DNA of 64,000 nt, taken from the NCBI GenBank assembly GCA_002269645.1, contig NIVC01002545.1, positions 29,104 to 93,103 of the forward strand, in the 5' to 3' direction. This document shows, in pieces, positions 45,963 through 59,188 of this stretch (the stretch's first letter is position 1; each line of letters begins with the position of its first letter). A model generated the notes under the pieces. That model made no database searches and was not told where the DNA came from. It saw only the letters and a list, made by a program, of their open reading frames with translations. Source of the DNA: Macrostomum lignano (Eukaryota). Made by a program: the position numbers and the translations under genes.

Positions 45963-48900
45963 TCGCTGCACCGCTGGATCCACCGGGCCGGGGTCAGCGC
46001 CGAGGAGCTCGGCTCGCGTCGTTTGAGCAATCGAACTCAGGACCTTCAACAGCAGCGCCAGCGGCAGCAGGCGGAGGAGGAGGAGGAGCGCCAGAGGCAG
46101 AGGCAGCACGACAAGCGCAGGGACTCGTTCCTGGTGAAGCTGGGCATCGGCGCCGGGGCGATGCCGGATCCGGGAGGCGAAGCTGCCGGGGAAACCGGGG
46201 AAAAACCGCGGCTGGCCGAGCGAATCCGGCTGAGGATGCGGTAGTGAGTGAACTGGAGCTGAGACTCTGAACCTTCAGGGTCTGCGGTAGTGAGTGAACT
46301 GGAGCTGAGACTCTGAACCTTCAGGGTCTGCGGTAGTGAGTGAACTGGAGCTGAGACTCTGAACCTTCAGGGTCTGCGGTAGTGAGTGAACTGGAGCTGA
46401 GACTCTGAACCTTCAGGGTCTGCGGTAGTGAGTGAACTGGAGCTGAGACTCTGAACCTTCAGGGTCTGCGGTAGTGAGTGAACTGGAGCTGAGACTCTGA
46501 ACCTTCAGGGTCTGCGGTAGTGAGTGAACTGGAGCTGAGACTCTGAACCTTCAGGGTCTGCGGTAGTGAGTGAACTGGAGCTGAGACTCTGAACCTTCAG
46601 GGTCTGCGGCTGAGAGAACTGAGGGAATAGGGCTTCAGGGAATGAGGCTTCAGGGAATGAGGCTTCAGGGAATGAGGCTTTAGGGAATGAGGCTTCAGGG
46701 AATGAGGCTTCAGAGAATGAGGCTTCAGAGAATGAGGCTTCAGGGAATGAGGCTTCAGAGAATGAGGCTTCAGAGAATGAGGCTTCAGGGAATTGGGCTT
46801 CAGAGAATGAGGCTTCAGGGAATGAGGCTTTAGGGAATGAGACTTCAGAAAATGAGGCTTCAGGGAATGAAGCTTCAGGGAATGAGGATTTAAGGAATGA
46901 GGCTTCAGGGAATGAGGCTTCAGGGAATTGGGCTTCAGAGAATAAGGCTTCAGGGAATGAGGCTTTAGGGAATGAGACTTCAGGGAATGAGGCTTCAGGG
47001 AATGAAGCTTCAGGGAATGAGGATTTAGGGAATGAGGCTTCAGGGAATGAGGCTTCAGGGAATGAAGCTTCAGGGAATGAGGCTTCAGGGAATAAGACTT
47101 CAGGGAATGAGGCTTCAGGGAATGAAGCTTCAGGGAATGAGGCTTCGGGGAATGAGGCTTCAGGGAATGAGGCTTCAGAGAATGAGGATTCAGGGAATGA
47201 GGCTTCAGGGAATGAGGCTTCAGGGTATCGGGCTTCAGGGAATGAGGCTTTATTTAATGAGGCTTCAGGGAATGAGGCTTCAGGGAATGAGGCTTCAGGG
47301 TATTGGGCTTCAGGGAATGAGGCTTCAGGGAATGAGGCTTCAGGGTATTGGGCTTCAGGGAATGAGGCTTCAGGGAATGAGGCTTCAGGGTATCGAGCTT
47401 CAGGGAATGAGGCTTTATTTAATGAGGCTTCAGGGAATGAGGCTTCAGGGAATGAGGCTTCAGGGAATGAGGCTTCAGGGTATTGGGCTTCAGGGAATGA
47501 GGCTTCAGGGAATGAGGCTTCAGGGAATGAGGCTTCAGGGTATTGGGCTTCAGGGAATGAGGCTTCAGCTTCAGCTACTCAGTTAGTTGTAGTAAATTTG
47601 GAAACTGCAGTCACAAAAAGCTTCAGAGAGAGGCCTGAAAATTGTCCCAATGCCCAAAGTTGTTCATCGAATCTCTTGTACCATCGCCCAACCCCCACCC
47701 CATGCCGTCAGCATCGCCAAGGAGTTTGTGGTGGACGTGTCGCAGCCGTTTTACTACCGCTGGCTGGCCGTGCTGTCCGTGGCCGCCTGCTACAACCTGA
47801 TATTCATTGTGATGAGGTCGGCGTTCACACAGATTCAGGAGGAGTACCCGATATGGCCCTGGTTCCTGCTAGACTATGCGGCGGATGCTGTGTACGCTGT
47901 GGACGTGTTTATCGGTTCTAGGAAAGGTACATGATGTACTCCGCTCATGGGGGGAATTGCTGAGTTGTCAAGACTCACCTTTTGAAATCTGAAATCCCAA
48001 ATTCAATCTGAAATCCCAAATTCAATAAAAAAATCCCAAATTCAATCTGAAATCCCAAATTCAATCTGAAATCCCAAATTCAATCTGAAATCCCAAATGC
48101 AATCTGAAATCCCACATTCAATCAGAAATCCCAAATTCAATCTGAAATCCCAAATTCAATCTGAAATCCCAAATTCAATCTGAAATCCCAAATGCAATCT
48201 GAAATCCCAAATTCAATCTGAAATCCCAAATTCAATCTGAAATCCCACATTCAATCAGAAATCCCAAATCAGTCTGAAATCCCACATTCAATCAGAAATC
48301 CCAAATTCAATCTGAAATCCCAAATTCAATCTGAAATCCCAAATCAGTCTGAAATCCCAAATTCAATCTGAAATCCCAAATTCAATCTGAAATCCCAAAT
48401 GCAATCTGAAATTCCAAATGCAATTTGAAATCCCAAATGCAATCTGAAATCCCAAATGCAATCTGAAATCCCAAATGCAATTTGAAATGAATAAAAATTT
48501 CCCAAACATTTATCATCCCAGGCTTCCTCGAGCAGGGCCTGCTGGTCAGAGACCTGCCCCGCCTCCGCCAGGTGTACATGCAGTCAGCTGGGTTCAAGCT
48601 GGACTTGGCCTGTCTGTTCCCCACCGATGTACTTTACTTCGTGCCCCAGATCGGCATCGTTGGCACCTACGTCAGAATCAACCGGCTGATAAAATGCCTC
48701 AGACTGCAGGAGTTCATCGATAGAACGGAGACTCGAACCAATTATCCCAACCTGTTCCGGATCAGCAACCTCATCCTGATCCTGCTGGTGGTGGTGCACT
48801 GGAACGGTTGCATCTACTTCTCCATCTGCCTGGTGCTGGGCCTGGGCCGGGACTCGTGGACGTACCCGCCAAGACCCGACAACCTCATCGCCCTGGCGAA

Positions 48901-51416
48901 CACCGAGCCGTACAACTACACAAGCATATGGGACAACCTGTCTAGAAAGTACATCTACTCATTTTTCTGGTCCACTATGATTTTAACAACTATTGGCGAT
49001 GTGCCAAGGCCGGTGACAGATTTCGAGTACGCCTTCATGACCGTGGACTTTCTAGTTGGTGTGCTCATCTTCGCAGTGGTGGTTGGAAATGTTGGTTCAA
49101 TGATCACCAATATGAATGCGGCGAGGACCGAGTTCCAGATGCGGATGGATGGGGTGAGATCGGAGGCTGAGGGTGGATTATAAGCTGCCAAATGGTAGAT
49201 TACAATGTAGATTAGTAGTGGATTAAATGTAGAATATTGGTACATTACAATGTAGAACAATGGTAGAGCACATTGCAGAATACTGGTAGATTACATTGGA
49301 TAAGAATGGTAGACTACAATGCAGAATAATGTTAAATAACAATAGCCGATTGCATTTTAGAATAATGGTAGATTACATCATAGAAAAATGGAAGTTTACA
49401 TTGTAGAATAACAGTAGATTAAAGTGTAGAACACTGGTAGATTACAGTTGTTGGCAAGATACAGTAACTACACACGCAAATCCGCGTGCTCTCCCAGGTA
49501 AAACGCTACATGGAGTTTCGTAAGGTAGGTCGCGAGCTCGAACGCCGCGTAATCCGCTGGTTCGACTACCTGTGGACCAACAAGCAATCGCTGGACGAAG
49601 AAAGAATTCTGGGCACCTTGCCAGACAAACTCAAGGCTGAGATCGCCATCCACGTGCACTTTGACACGCTGAAGAGGGTGGCGATCTTCCAGGATTGTGA
49701 GCCAGGCCTGCTGGTTGAGCTGGTGCTCAAACTCAAGCTGCAGGTGAGGCATTTTTGGCATTCAGCTCTACGGGACTGTAGTTTAACAAAAAAATTGAAG
49801 GCAGCGTCGAAAATCCAAATATTAGCTCAACTTTGGTAATGGGATAGTAAAGGACTCACAGAAGTCCTTGTTAAAGTTCAGGATGTACTATGCAGTTAAA
49901 GTATTTAAAGGTCGAACATCGTATTTTTGCCAAGGACCACCGCTATGTAGTATAATCAGGACTCAAAATTTTAGGCCAATTTCCTGGGAAAAATCATTTG
50001 TGTCATCACAAAATCAATCACTACATTTGATCTCGGGCGGTGAAGATTTACCATTCCTTTAATTCAGAATGCAAAGCACAGGCTACTGTTGTATTTTGCA
50101 TAGCTATATGTAATGAAAATTTGATATTTAATTATTTTCATTTTTCTAAGCCAAAAGCTACCTGCAATACTCACTATTGGGGCATTAGCTGAACTTTTTG
50201 GTTTGGTCCGTCTTGAATGCAAATATATTTCATTTTTATTAAAAAAAATTGTTTTTTTTTAAAGCATGCAGGTTCTCTCCAGCCATTATTGTAGGTATGT
50301 ACTCCCATTTCAATGTCTATTAATACCTATACATACAAGTACATACCTTCTATACTACATATTGTATGTACGCTCAAGTATCTGAAGGCTGCGCACGGCT
50401 GTTCAGTCCAAGGACTGGGGGGTCGCCACACACAGCCTCAATTACCCCAGCTAATGCTGGCACCCATTTTACAGCTGGGTGAACTGAAGCAATGCAGAGT
50501 TAAATGTCTTGCTCAAGGAAATAAATTGTTCCAGTGGGACCGGGAATCGAACCCTCGACCTTTCAAGTCGTGAGTCCGACGGTAGCTAAATTTTGCTATA
50601 TAAAATACAACAGAGCATTAAAAGTAAAACAATGGAAATGTTCACTGCCCCAGATCAAATACAATCATGTTGATCATTTGAAGAAAGAAAAGAATTTTTT
50701 CCTATATGTGTATTATTTACAGGAAATTGCTGGCCTCAAATAAATAAAAATCTTTTTGTGGCCTGCGCAGTGTGATTTACATGTAATGCACTCATTCAAC
50801 CAGCTCGACGACTCAATTACGGCAGGTGTACTCACCCGGAGACTACATCTGCCGTAAGGGCGACATCGGCAAGGAGATGTACATAGTGAAACGCGGCAAG
50901 CTCAGCGTGGTCTCACCAGACGGCAAAACCGTTTTCGTCACCCTGGGCGAGGGCAGCGTGTTCGGCGAGGTGTCCATCCTGAACATCCCGGGCAACAAGA
51001 CGGGCAATCGGCGCACCGCAAACGTGCGCAGCGACGGCTACTCGGACCTGTTCTGCCTGAGCAAGAACGACCTGTGGGAGGCGCTGACCGAGTACCCCGA
51101 CGCCAAGGTCAAACTGCTGGAGAAAGGACAGCAGGTTCTGCGCAAAGACAACCTCATCGACGAGGAGGCGCTGGCCAAGGCGCTGCAAGATCGCGAGTCG
51201 ACCGAGCGTCGAGTCGAGCGGCTGAACGCCGAGCTCGGCGTGCTGCAGACTCGGTTCGCCAGGATGCTGGCCGAGTTCGGCTCGACGCAGAGCAAACTGA
51301 GGCGGCGCCTGGTCGCACTGGAGGCTTCCTCGGCTGGCGGCCTGCGGGCCGATGCGGCAGGAGACGAGGCCAGCGATGAGGCTACGGATGCTGGGGCTGC
51401 TGGACCAGCTGACTGA
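45963..51416 (+). CDS. CNGA-like: Cyclic nucleotide-gated channel alpha subunit (CNGA/TAX-4-like); exons ~45963-46240/46243, 47712-47926, 48522-49153, 49498-49743, 50826-51416; first exon not located
   Basis: [42 protein letters not shown], pore TTIGDVP, C-linker, CNBD ([27 protein letters not shown]) and C-terminal leucine zipper; intron phases are consistent. Confidence 0.95.
46241..46608 (+). repeat. 46-bp perfect tandem repeat, 8 copies, beginning at the CNG 5' splice site
   Basis: Unit GTAGTGAGTGAACTGGAGCTGAGACTCTGAACCTTCAGGGTCTGCG. Confidence 0.97.
46625..47570. repeat. 15-bp minisatellite (GAATGAGGCTTCAGG)
   Basis: About 60 units in the same CNG intron. Confidence 0.95.
47985..48485. 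repeat. 19-bp minisatellite (AAATTCAATCTGAAATCCC)
   Basis: Tandem units in a CNG intron. Confidence 0.93.
50330..50590 (-). mobile_element. tRNA-derived SINE with a CORE-like domain, in the last CNG intron
   Basis: On the minus strand a B box GGTTCGATTCC (50543-50553) is followed by CCTTGAGCAAGACATTTAACTCT...TCAGTT...CTGTAAAATGGG (50463-50518), resembling the MIR/CORE consensus as recalled. Confidence 0.7.
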
Positions 51417-52384
51417 TGAAGGAGCTGTATGTACACGGATACACGATGGATCGTGTCATTTTGCAGGTATTAAAATGCGCGTGGATGCTGGGTGACACAC
51501 TAACGGCCCCTGGTTCGATTCCTGCGCGGCCACATTCAAAATTGTCCGGAAGGGGGTTGTCTGCGATTCACAGCATAAAATCTTGCATTTCTGCATCTTT
51601 CTTCACTCGTCCATCGAATGAAGACCCATTGGGAATTCAATTGGATCAAATCCAGTTCTGAATGCCTTATATCAGATTTGGAAAATCTTGGGGAACAATT
51701 CCTAGTTATCAGCACTCTTTGTCCTTCGCGGGACATTCTGTGACATGCTCAGGGGTCAACGGAATGTCGCTGATGATGTTACGGCAGGGTGCCCACAACC
51801 AACGGAATCTACGATAAAAGCAGCTAACCTTTAACTATATTATTAATTACATTTTTAATAACCCAAATTTGAATTTCCAGAGTCCAACCCTGCTGCATCA
51901 AACTGACTGACAGGCAGGCGGGCATTCAAAAGCAATATCAGACGCGAAACAACTTCTAACCTGTAATGTACATGCCGATACAAATTGTAACTTGAACAAA
52001 CTTTTTTCTAACACTTTTGATTGTTTTCAATGCAAGCACTGAATGTTTTAGAATGTACTCGTAGTTTCGAAAATATTTTATTACACACTAATCCAGTCTT
52101 GTCTCGTTGTGCTAAACGCGCACTCAGTTGCCGCCATCAATATATAATATTCCTTTATTAACAGAAAAACCCGCTATTCACTACTGCCTGTCTCATTGTT
52201 AACAGTAGTAATCATAATGCGATATTGTTATGTTTTTCTGCAACAAGTAAAAACATAAAATTGCAGCACAATTTTTCTGGACCAGATCAACACGTTTTCA
52301 CGATTTTCATGCTGATTTTTGAAAGTTTTTACTCTAATTTAAACGTATAGAAGATAACACTGGGCCCGGGTCGGTAGACTTGGA

Positions 52385-52735
52385 TGAGAGCGGAGAGAGA
52401 GGAGATGAAAGGAGAGAAAATATGAGAGGAGAGAAGTGAGGAGAGGACAGAAGAGGGAAGAGATGAGACGAGAGGAGAGAAGACGAGGAAGAGATGAGAG
52501 AGGAGCAAAGGGGGGAGAGATGAGACGAGAGGAGAGAGGAGAGATGAGAAGAGAGGAGAGGAGAGGGGAGAGATGAGAAGAGAGGAGAGGAGAGGAGAGG
52601 GGAGAGATGAGACGAGAGGAGAGAAGAGGGAAGAGAAGAGAGGAGAGATGAGAGGAGAGAAGAGGGGATATATGAGAGGACAGGAGAGAAGAAAGAGAGG
52701 AGAGCTGAGAAGAGACAGAAGCCGGAGGCCGAGGA
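52385..52735. repeat. Purine-rich (GAGAG) low-complexity tract
   Basis: Almost only G/A on the + strand. Confidence 0.85.
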
Positions 52736-53054
52736 GACAGAGGCCGGATTGCTATTGTGAAGTTTCAAAGGACCCAGAGGGCCGGAGTTTGCCACTGCAC
52801 AAACAAAATCAAAAAGCGAGTGGAGAATTACTACGGTTTCATAATAATATTTAGCAAAGCACCGGTTTAAAAAGTTTTTTATCATAAAAGTTTTATTTCT
52901 GCAACAAAGAATTGATTGAATTTATCAAATCAAATGAATTACACATAATTTTGTGTTATACATGATAAAATTGGATATACGTGAATAAAAGATAAGGTTT
53001 AAAAAGATAAGGCGAAATATGGATTAAACAGTAATAGCTGCCATGAAAACAGCC

Positions 53055-54445
53055 TAGGGAATTGCTAATCAGATGCCAAAGGAAAATTGCTAATCAGATG
53101 TCAAAGGGGAATTGCTAATCAGGTGCAAAAATGGGAATTGCTAATCAGATGTCAAAGGGGAATCGCTAATCAGATGTCAAAGGGGAATTGCTAATCAGAT
53201 GTCAAAGGGGAATTGCTAATCAGGTGCAAAAATGGGAATTGCTAATCAGATGTCAAAGGGGAATCGCTAATCAGATGTCAAAGGGGAATTGCTAATCAGA
53301 TGTCAAAGGGGAATCGCTAATCAGATGTCAAAGGGGAATCGCTAATCAGATGTCAAAGGGGAATTGCTAATCAGATGTCAAAGGGGAATCGCTAATCAGA
53401 TGTCAAAGGGGAATCGCTAATCAGATGTCAAAGGGGAATTGCTAATCAGATGTCAAAGGGGAATTGCTAATCAGATGTCAAAGGGGAATTGCTAATCAGA
53501 TGTCAAAGGGGAATTGCTAATCAGATGTCAAAGGGGAATCGCTAATCAGATGTCAAAGGGGAATTGCTAATCAGATGTCAAAGGGGAATCGCTAATCAGA
53601 TGTCAAAGGGGAATTGCTAATCAGATGTCAAAGGGGAATCGCTAATCAGATGTCAAACGGGAATTGCTAATCAGATGTCAAAGGGGAATTGCTAATCAGA
53701 TGTCAAAGGGGAATTGCTATTCAGATGTCAAAGGGGAATTGCTATTCAGATGCCAAAGGGGAATTGCTAATCAGATGTCAAAGGGGAATTGCTAATCAGA
53801 TGTCAAAGGGGAATTGCTAATCAGATGTCAAAGGGGAATTGCTAATCAGATGCCGAAGGGGAATTGCTAATCAGATGCCGAAGGGGAATTGCTAATCAGA
53901 TGCCGAAGGGGAATTGCTAATCAGATGCCGAAGGGGAATTGCTAATCAGATGCCGAAGGGGAATTGCTAATCAGATGCCGAAGGGGAATTGCTAATCAGG
54001 TGCAAAAATGGGAATTGCTAATCAGATGTCAAAGGGGAATCGCTAATCAGATGTCAAAGGGGAATCGCTAATCAGATGTCAAAGGGGAATCGCTAATCAG
54101 ATGCCGAAGGGGAATTGCTAATCAGGTGCAAAAATGGGAATTGCTAATCAGATGTCAAAGGGGAATCGCTAATCAGATGTCAAAGGGGAATTGCTAATCA
54201 GATGCCAATGCTCACGGGGAATTGCTAATCAGATGCCAATGCTCACGGGGAATTGCTAATCAGATGCCAATGCTCATGGGGAATTGCTAATCAGATGCCA
54301 ATGCTCACGGGGAATTGCTAATCAGATGCCAATGCTCACGGGGAATTGCTAATCAGATGCCAATGCTCACGGGGAATTGCTAATCAGATGCCAATGCTCA
54401 CGGGGAATTGCTAAACAGATGCCAATGCTCACGGGGAATTGCTAA
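53055..54445. repeat. 25-bp minisatellite (GGGGAATTGCTAATCAGATGTCAAA), shifting to a 30-bp variant
   Basis: About 50 tandem units. Confidence 0.95.
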
Positions 54446-54660
54446 ATGTTGTTTATTTGCTTGAAGCTTGAAGCAACCTTTCTGTTGGCTAATAAATGAG
54501 TAACAAAAAGGCCTGCACAATGAAGTTATTACTGTTAATCTCGACCAGACCAGAATAAAGATGGGCTACATATTTATATATAAAATACTGGTACATTCTT
54601 ACACAAAACATAAACAATGCACAATTAAGGAAGGCCAAGAAACCTTGGAAGAGTTCCCGA

Positions 54661-56741
54661 TCAGGTCAGCAAATGCCGGAACCTACCAGGCAGACTTCTG
54701 ATCATCTTCTTGGAGGCGACATTCAGCAGATACCATTTAAAAGACACGCAGCCCAGAGTCCGCTGCAGCTCCAGCCGGGAGGTCAAGTCGCCAGGGTCCA
54801 CACCAACAGCCCTGGGCTCCTGATAGAAGAACACCTCGCGAAACGGGCCCAGCCACACGTTGGCCAACCGAACAGAATTGAACAGCCAGCTGTCCCGGCC
54901 AGAGAACTCGCCGTACGGTCGGCGGCTCCTGAACACGTGGCCAACCCGAGAGCAGGGACAGGCGTACACGGTGCCGCCGCACTGCCAATAGCGAAACGAC
55001 ATCTCCAGATTCTCGCCGCCCCAGGTCTCCATGAGGTTGTCGTAGGCGCCGAACGCGTGGAAGGTGCTGGCCCGGACGGCGAGAAGACCACCGGACATCA
55101 CGGGCGAGTGGAACGGCTCGTCCAAGGGCACGCTGGCCGGCAGGGGGTCCCAGGCGAACCGCAGGTTCCACGTGAAACCGCCGACAACGTGGGGCGTAGC
55201 CGAATATTCGAACGTCTTCTCGTCGATAACGTCTACTAGGGGAAGAGCGACCGATTTTGGCCGGATGCTGAGGTGATGAAGCAGAGGCTGCAGCCAGCCG
55301 ACATTCACTTCGATGTGACTGTCTAGGAAGATGAGCACCTGCGGGTTTGAGATTGAAGCTGTGGGGATTAGGGGTATGGGATTGATCGAGTGTGGGGATC
55401 GATCATGTGGGAATTTGGGGTATGGGGATTCAGGCTGTGGGAATTAGGGTATAGGGATTGAGGGTGTGGGAATTAGGGGTATGGGGACTAAGGGTGTGGG
55501 AATTAGGGTATGGGGATTGATGTGGTAATTAGGGGCATGGGGATTAGAAGTATGGGGATGGAGGGTGTGGGAATTAAGGTATGGAGATTGATGATATGGG
55601 AACTGAGGGTGGGGAATTAGGGGTATGGGGATTGAGGATGTGGGGACCTATATTCCACAAGCTAAATAGATATTCAATCAAAATGCACCAAATTCAAACT
55701 GATTGTAAACCCTGACAGCCAGCCACTCACCCGCCCTGTGGCCAGTTTGGCCGCATAATTTCTCGCCCTGATGAGGCCCAGCTTCATTGGCGCAATTTCG
55801 TAGCGAATTTTCGACGATATAAAATTCACATCAAAGCTGCTGATGCCTGGGAAAATCATTGAATCGGGTTTTTTTGTCTTCAATTTACATAGAACACTCG
55901 ATAGGTGCAAAAAGTATTGCTAAAACAGAATCATCTAGATAATGATCCCCAGATTAGACAAGATTCGAGAATTCCTTCAGATCAAAGACAAGAGCCTTCC
56001 AGTTATTCAAAATCCTTCAGATCAAAGACAAGAGCCTTCCAGTTATTCAAAATCGTTCAGATCAAAGGCAAGAGCCTTCCAGTTATCCAAAATCCTTCAG
56101 ATCAAAGGCAAGAGCCTTCCAGTTATCCAAAATCCTTCAGATCAAAGACAAGAGCCTTCCAGTTATCCAAAATCCTTCAGATCAAAGGCAAGAGCCTTCC
56201 AGTTATCCAAAATCCTTCAGATCAAAGGCAAGAGCCTTCCAGTTATCCAAAATCCTTCAGATCAAAGGCAAGAGCCTTCCAGTTATCCAAAATCCTTCAG
56301 ATCAAAGGCAAGAGCCTTCCAGTTATCCAAAATCCTTCAGATCAAAGGCAAGAGCCTTCCAGTTATTCAAAATTCTTCAGATCAAAGGCAAGAGCCTTCC
56401 AGTTATCCAAAATCCTTCAGATCAAAGACTCAAGATCAAAGATCAAGTCTCAATCTGAGCCTTCCAGTTATCCAAAATCCTTCAGATCAAAGGAAAAATC
56501 CATCCAGTGTTTATAAATCGCAGGAGGCTGAGTTATTCACTAACCATTATTGCTTTCATCGTCCAGAACGATCACTTCGTGCAGCAGATGAGGCGGCGAC
56601 CGATTGAAAATGCTGTACAGTGTGCGGCGAAGGGTCGACTTGGCCTCGTTATAGAAGCAGATAATAACTGATGCGGTTAAATTATCGTAGGACTGAGAAT
56701 TGGCGTAGTAAGACTTGGACTGGCAGGCGGCGGCACTAATC
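54661..56741 (-). CDS. GALNT-like: Polypeptide N-acetylgalactosaminyltransferase catalytic domain; exons 56741-56545, 55846-55731, 55338-54661 (or a donor near 54690); TM and lectin exons not found
   Basis: [40 protein letters not shown] (DxH), [29 protein letters not shown]; intron phases are consistent. Confidence 0.92.
55360..55645. repeat. Degenerate G-rich repeat (GGGTATGGGGATT) in a GALNT intron
   Basis: Repeated G-tracts. Confidence 0.75.
55965..56490. repeat. 40-bp minisatellite in a GALNT intron
   Basis: AGAGCCTTCC recurs at 55991, 56031, 56071 and onward. Confidence 0.95.
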
Positions 56742-57304
56742 CTGCAAGGCTGAGCCTATCGCTTAGAAACTTCGAATGCAAGCTGAGCCTTCGCTTAGAA
56801 ACGATTATTAAAAAATTTTGAAATGTTTCAAGTTATACCGTTAGCTCTTCCGTGTTTTAGGACAAGATTTTTAAAACTAGCAAAACAAGAGCCAATGTAA
56901 TCTTGATCTGACGCGCAGTTATCAATTGATGACAGAGCTGAGTAGCACAGCAGGCCGACTCCAGTTGTGCAGTCCTTAGATCAAAGCTGAGCTGGCCGAA
57001 GTTATGCCCAAACTGATAACGCAGTTATAAACCTTTAAAAAGTCAATTCCAGGTAAAACCTACATCAAACTGAGCTTTATATCCAAACTAATAAAGGAAG
57101 CTATAAAACCTTAGTAAATTCATTATAAAATTTTCAATCAAAGACGAAAAATTGTTAAAATCTTCAGCAAATTTGTTATAAAATTTCAAATTAAAGAAAT
57201 TCAATTGTAAAATCCTTTCAAAGACAATTGTATAAAAATTGTATCACAAAGCTTGTTTAAAACCTTGTATCAAAGACAATAGCAAATTAGGGCAAGCAAT
57301 TCCA

Positions 57305-57880
57305 TTGGGCAGGAATTGTTACCGGGCAAGTCTGGGGTGTGCGTACATTGGGGCAGGAATTGTTTACCGGGCAAGCTGGGTCTGGGGTGTGCGTACATTG
57401 GGGCAGGAATTGTTTACCGGGCAAGCTGGGTCTGGGGTGTGCGTACATTGGGGCAGGAATTGTTTACCGGGCAGGCTGGGTCTGGGGTGTGCGTACATTG
57501 GGGCAGGAATTGTTTACCGGGCAGGCTGGGTCTGGGGTGTGCGTACATTGGGGCAGGAATTGTTTACCGGGCAGGCTGGGTCTGGGGTGTGCGTACATTG
57601 GGGCAGGAATTGGTTAGCGGGCAGGCGGGGTCTGGAGTGTGCGTACATTGGGGCAGGAATTGGTTAGCGGGCAGGCGGGGTCTGGAGTGTGCGTACATTG
57701 GGGCAGGAATTGTTTACCGGGCAGGCTGGGTCTGGGGTGTGCGTACATTGGGGCAGGAATTGTTTACCGGGCAGGCTGGGTCTGGGGTGTGCGTACATTG
57801 GGGCAGGAATTGGTTAGCGGGCAGGCTGGGTCTGGGGTGTGCGTACATTGGGGCAGGAATTGGTTAGCGGGGCGTACATT
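57305..57880. repeat. 50-bp minisatellite (GGGCAGGAATTGTTTACCGGGCAGGCTGGGTCTGGGGTGTGCGTACATTG)
   Basis: About 11 units at 50-bp spacing. Confidence 0.95.
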
Positions 57881-58519
57881 GGAAATTGGTAAGACTACTA
57901 CGGGATTATCTCCCCATTCTACATAAACAACAGCCCATATTTACTCGTGTAGCACAGCGTGTATATTATTGTTGCACGGAATTAAACAAAAATGAACTGC
58001 AAGAATTATTTCAAAGGAATGTACAAACTAGTTCAACATTATTAATCGTAGTTATTAGCAAAATATGAGTAATCTATTCAGCGAAAAAAAGATGAAAAAA
58101 TGGAAGACGACGTTGCAAAAGTCCAATTAAAAAGGTGGAAACATTCTCTGGAGTTCAGAAAGATTCATTAAGAAAGTAAGTGCAACAAGAAAATAAGTTT
58201 AAAGATTACTTGATAGAAACAAATTTGCAGTAAAATAGCAACATTGTAGAGGTTGGTCCAGTGGGCCTTAACCAAAGGTGTACACGCTTATACTTTGAAC
58301 GCTTTTAGACTGACGATTGAACAGCAGATATGATGAGGAATACAGTGGCATTCGTTGGCCTTCAATTTTTTAGTTTTTGAAAATTAGAAAAATAGAACTT
58401 TGAATTTGTTCTGATCGAAAATACAAGTTTTAATACTATTTCTGAAACTATTGCCACGTACACAAATAAAAAAATCAGCGAAGTTGGCCGAATTTAATCT
58501 GCTATGATGAGAATGCAAG

Positions 58520-59070
58520 GATCTGGGAGGCTGGCAGCCCAGCAACGGAGGATCTGGGAGACTGGCAGCCCAGCAACTGAGGATCTGGGAGGCTGGCCCA
58601 GCAACTGAGGATCTGGGAGGCTGGCAGCCTAGCAACTGAGGATCTGGGAGGCTAGCCCAGTAACTGAGGATCTGGGAGGCTGTGGCCCAGTAACTGAGGA
58701 TCTGGGAGGCTGTGGCCCAGTAACTGAGGATCTGGGAGGCTGTGGCCCAGCAACTGAGGATCTGGGAGGCTGGCCCAGTAACTGAGGATCTGGGAGGCTG
58801 TGGCCCAGCAACTGAGGATCGGGAGGCTGGCAGCCCAGCAACTGAGGATCTGGGAGGCTGGCAGCCCAGCAACTGAGGATCTGGGAGGCTGGCAGCCCAG
58901 CAACTGAGGATCTGGGAGGCTGGCAGCCCAGCAACTGAGGATCTGGGAGGCTGGCAGCCCAGCAACTGAGGATCTGGGAGGCTGGCCCAGCAACTGAGGA
59001 TCTGGGAGGCTGGCCCAGCAACTGAGGATCTGGGAGGCTGACAGCCCAGCAACTGATGATCTGGGGTCCC
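58520..59070 (-). repeat. 28/31/32-bp variants of the CCCAGATCCTCAGTTGCTGGG family, reverse orientation
   Basis: CCCAGCAACTGAGGATCTGGGAGGCTGG units. Confidence 0.93.
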
Positions 59071-59188
59071 CCTCAAAATATCAGTGAGCCAATTTTCTAT
59101 TTAATTTATCGGCACTTTTTGTTATCACTTTTGCTCATCTTCAGGGTGAATCCCAACCTACTCTTCAATGCCGAATAAAAAGACAAGC

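Noticed and set aside
47032-47586. 184-aa MRLQG repeat ORF; also 55905-56607 and 57239-57926
   Set aside because: Unit-length artefacts of intronic or intergenic minisatellites.
51480-51535. tRNA-like B box GGTTCGATTCC
   Set aside because: No convincing cloverleaf or A box; at most a degenerate SINE or tRNA fragment.
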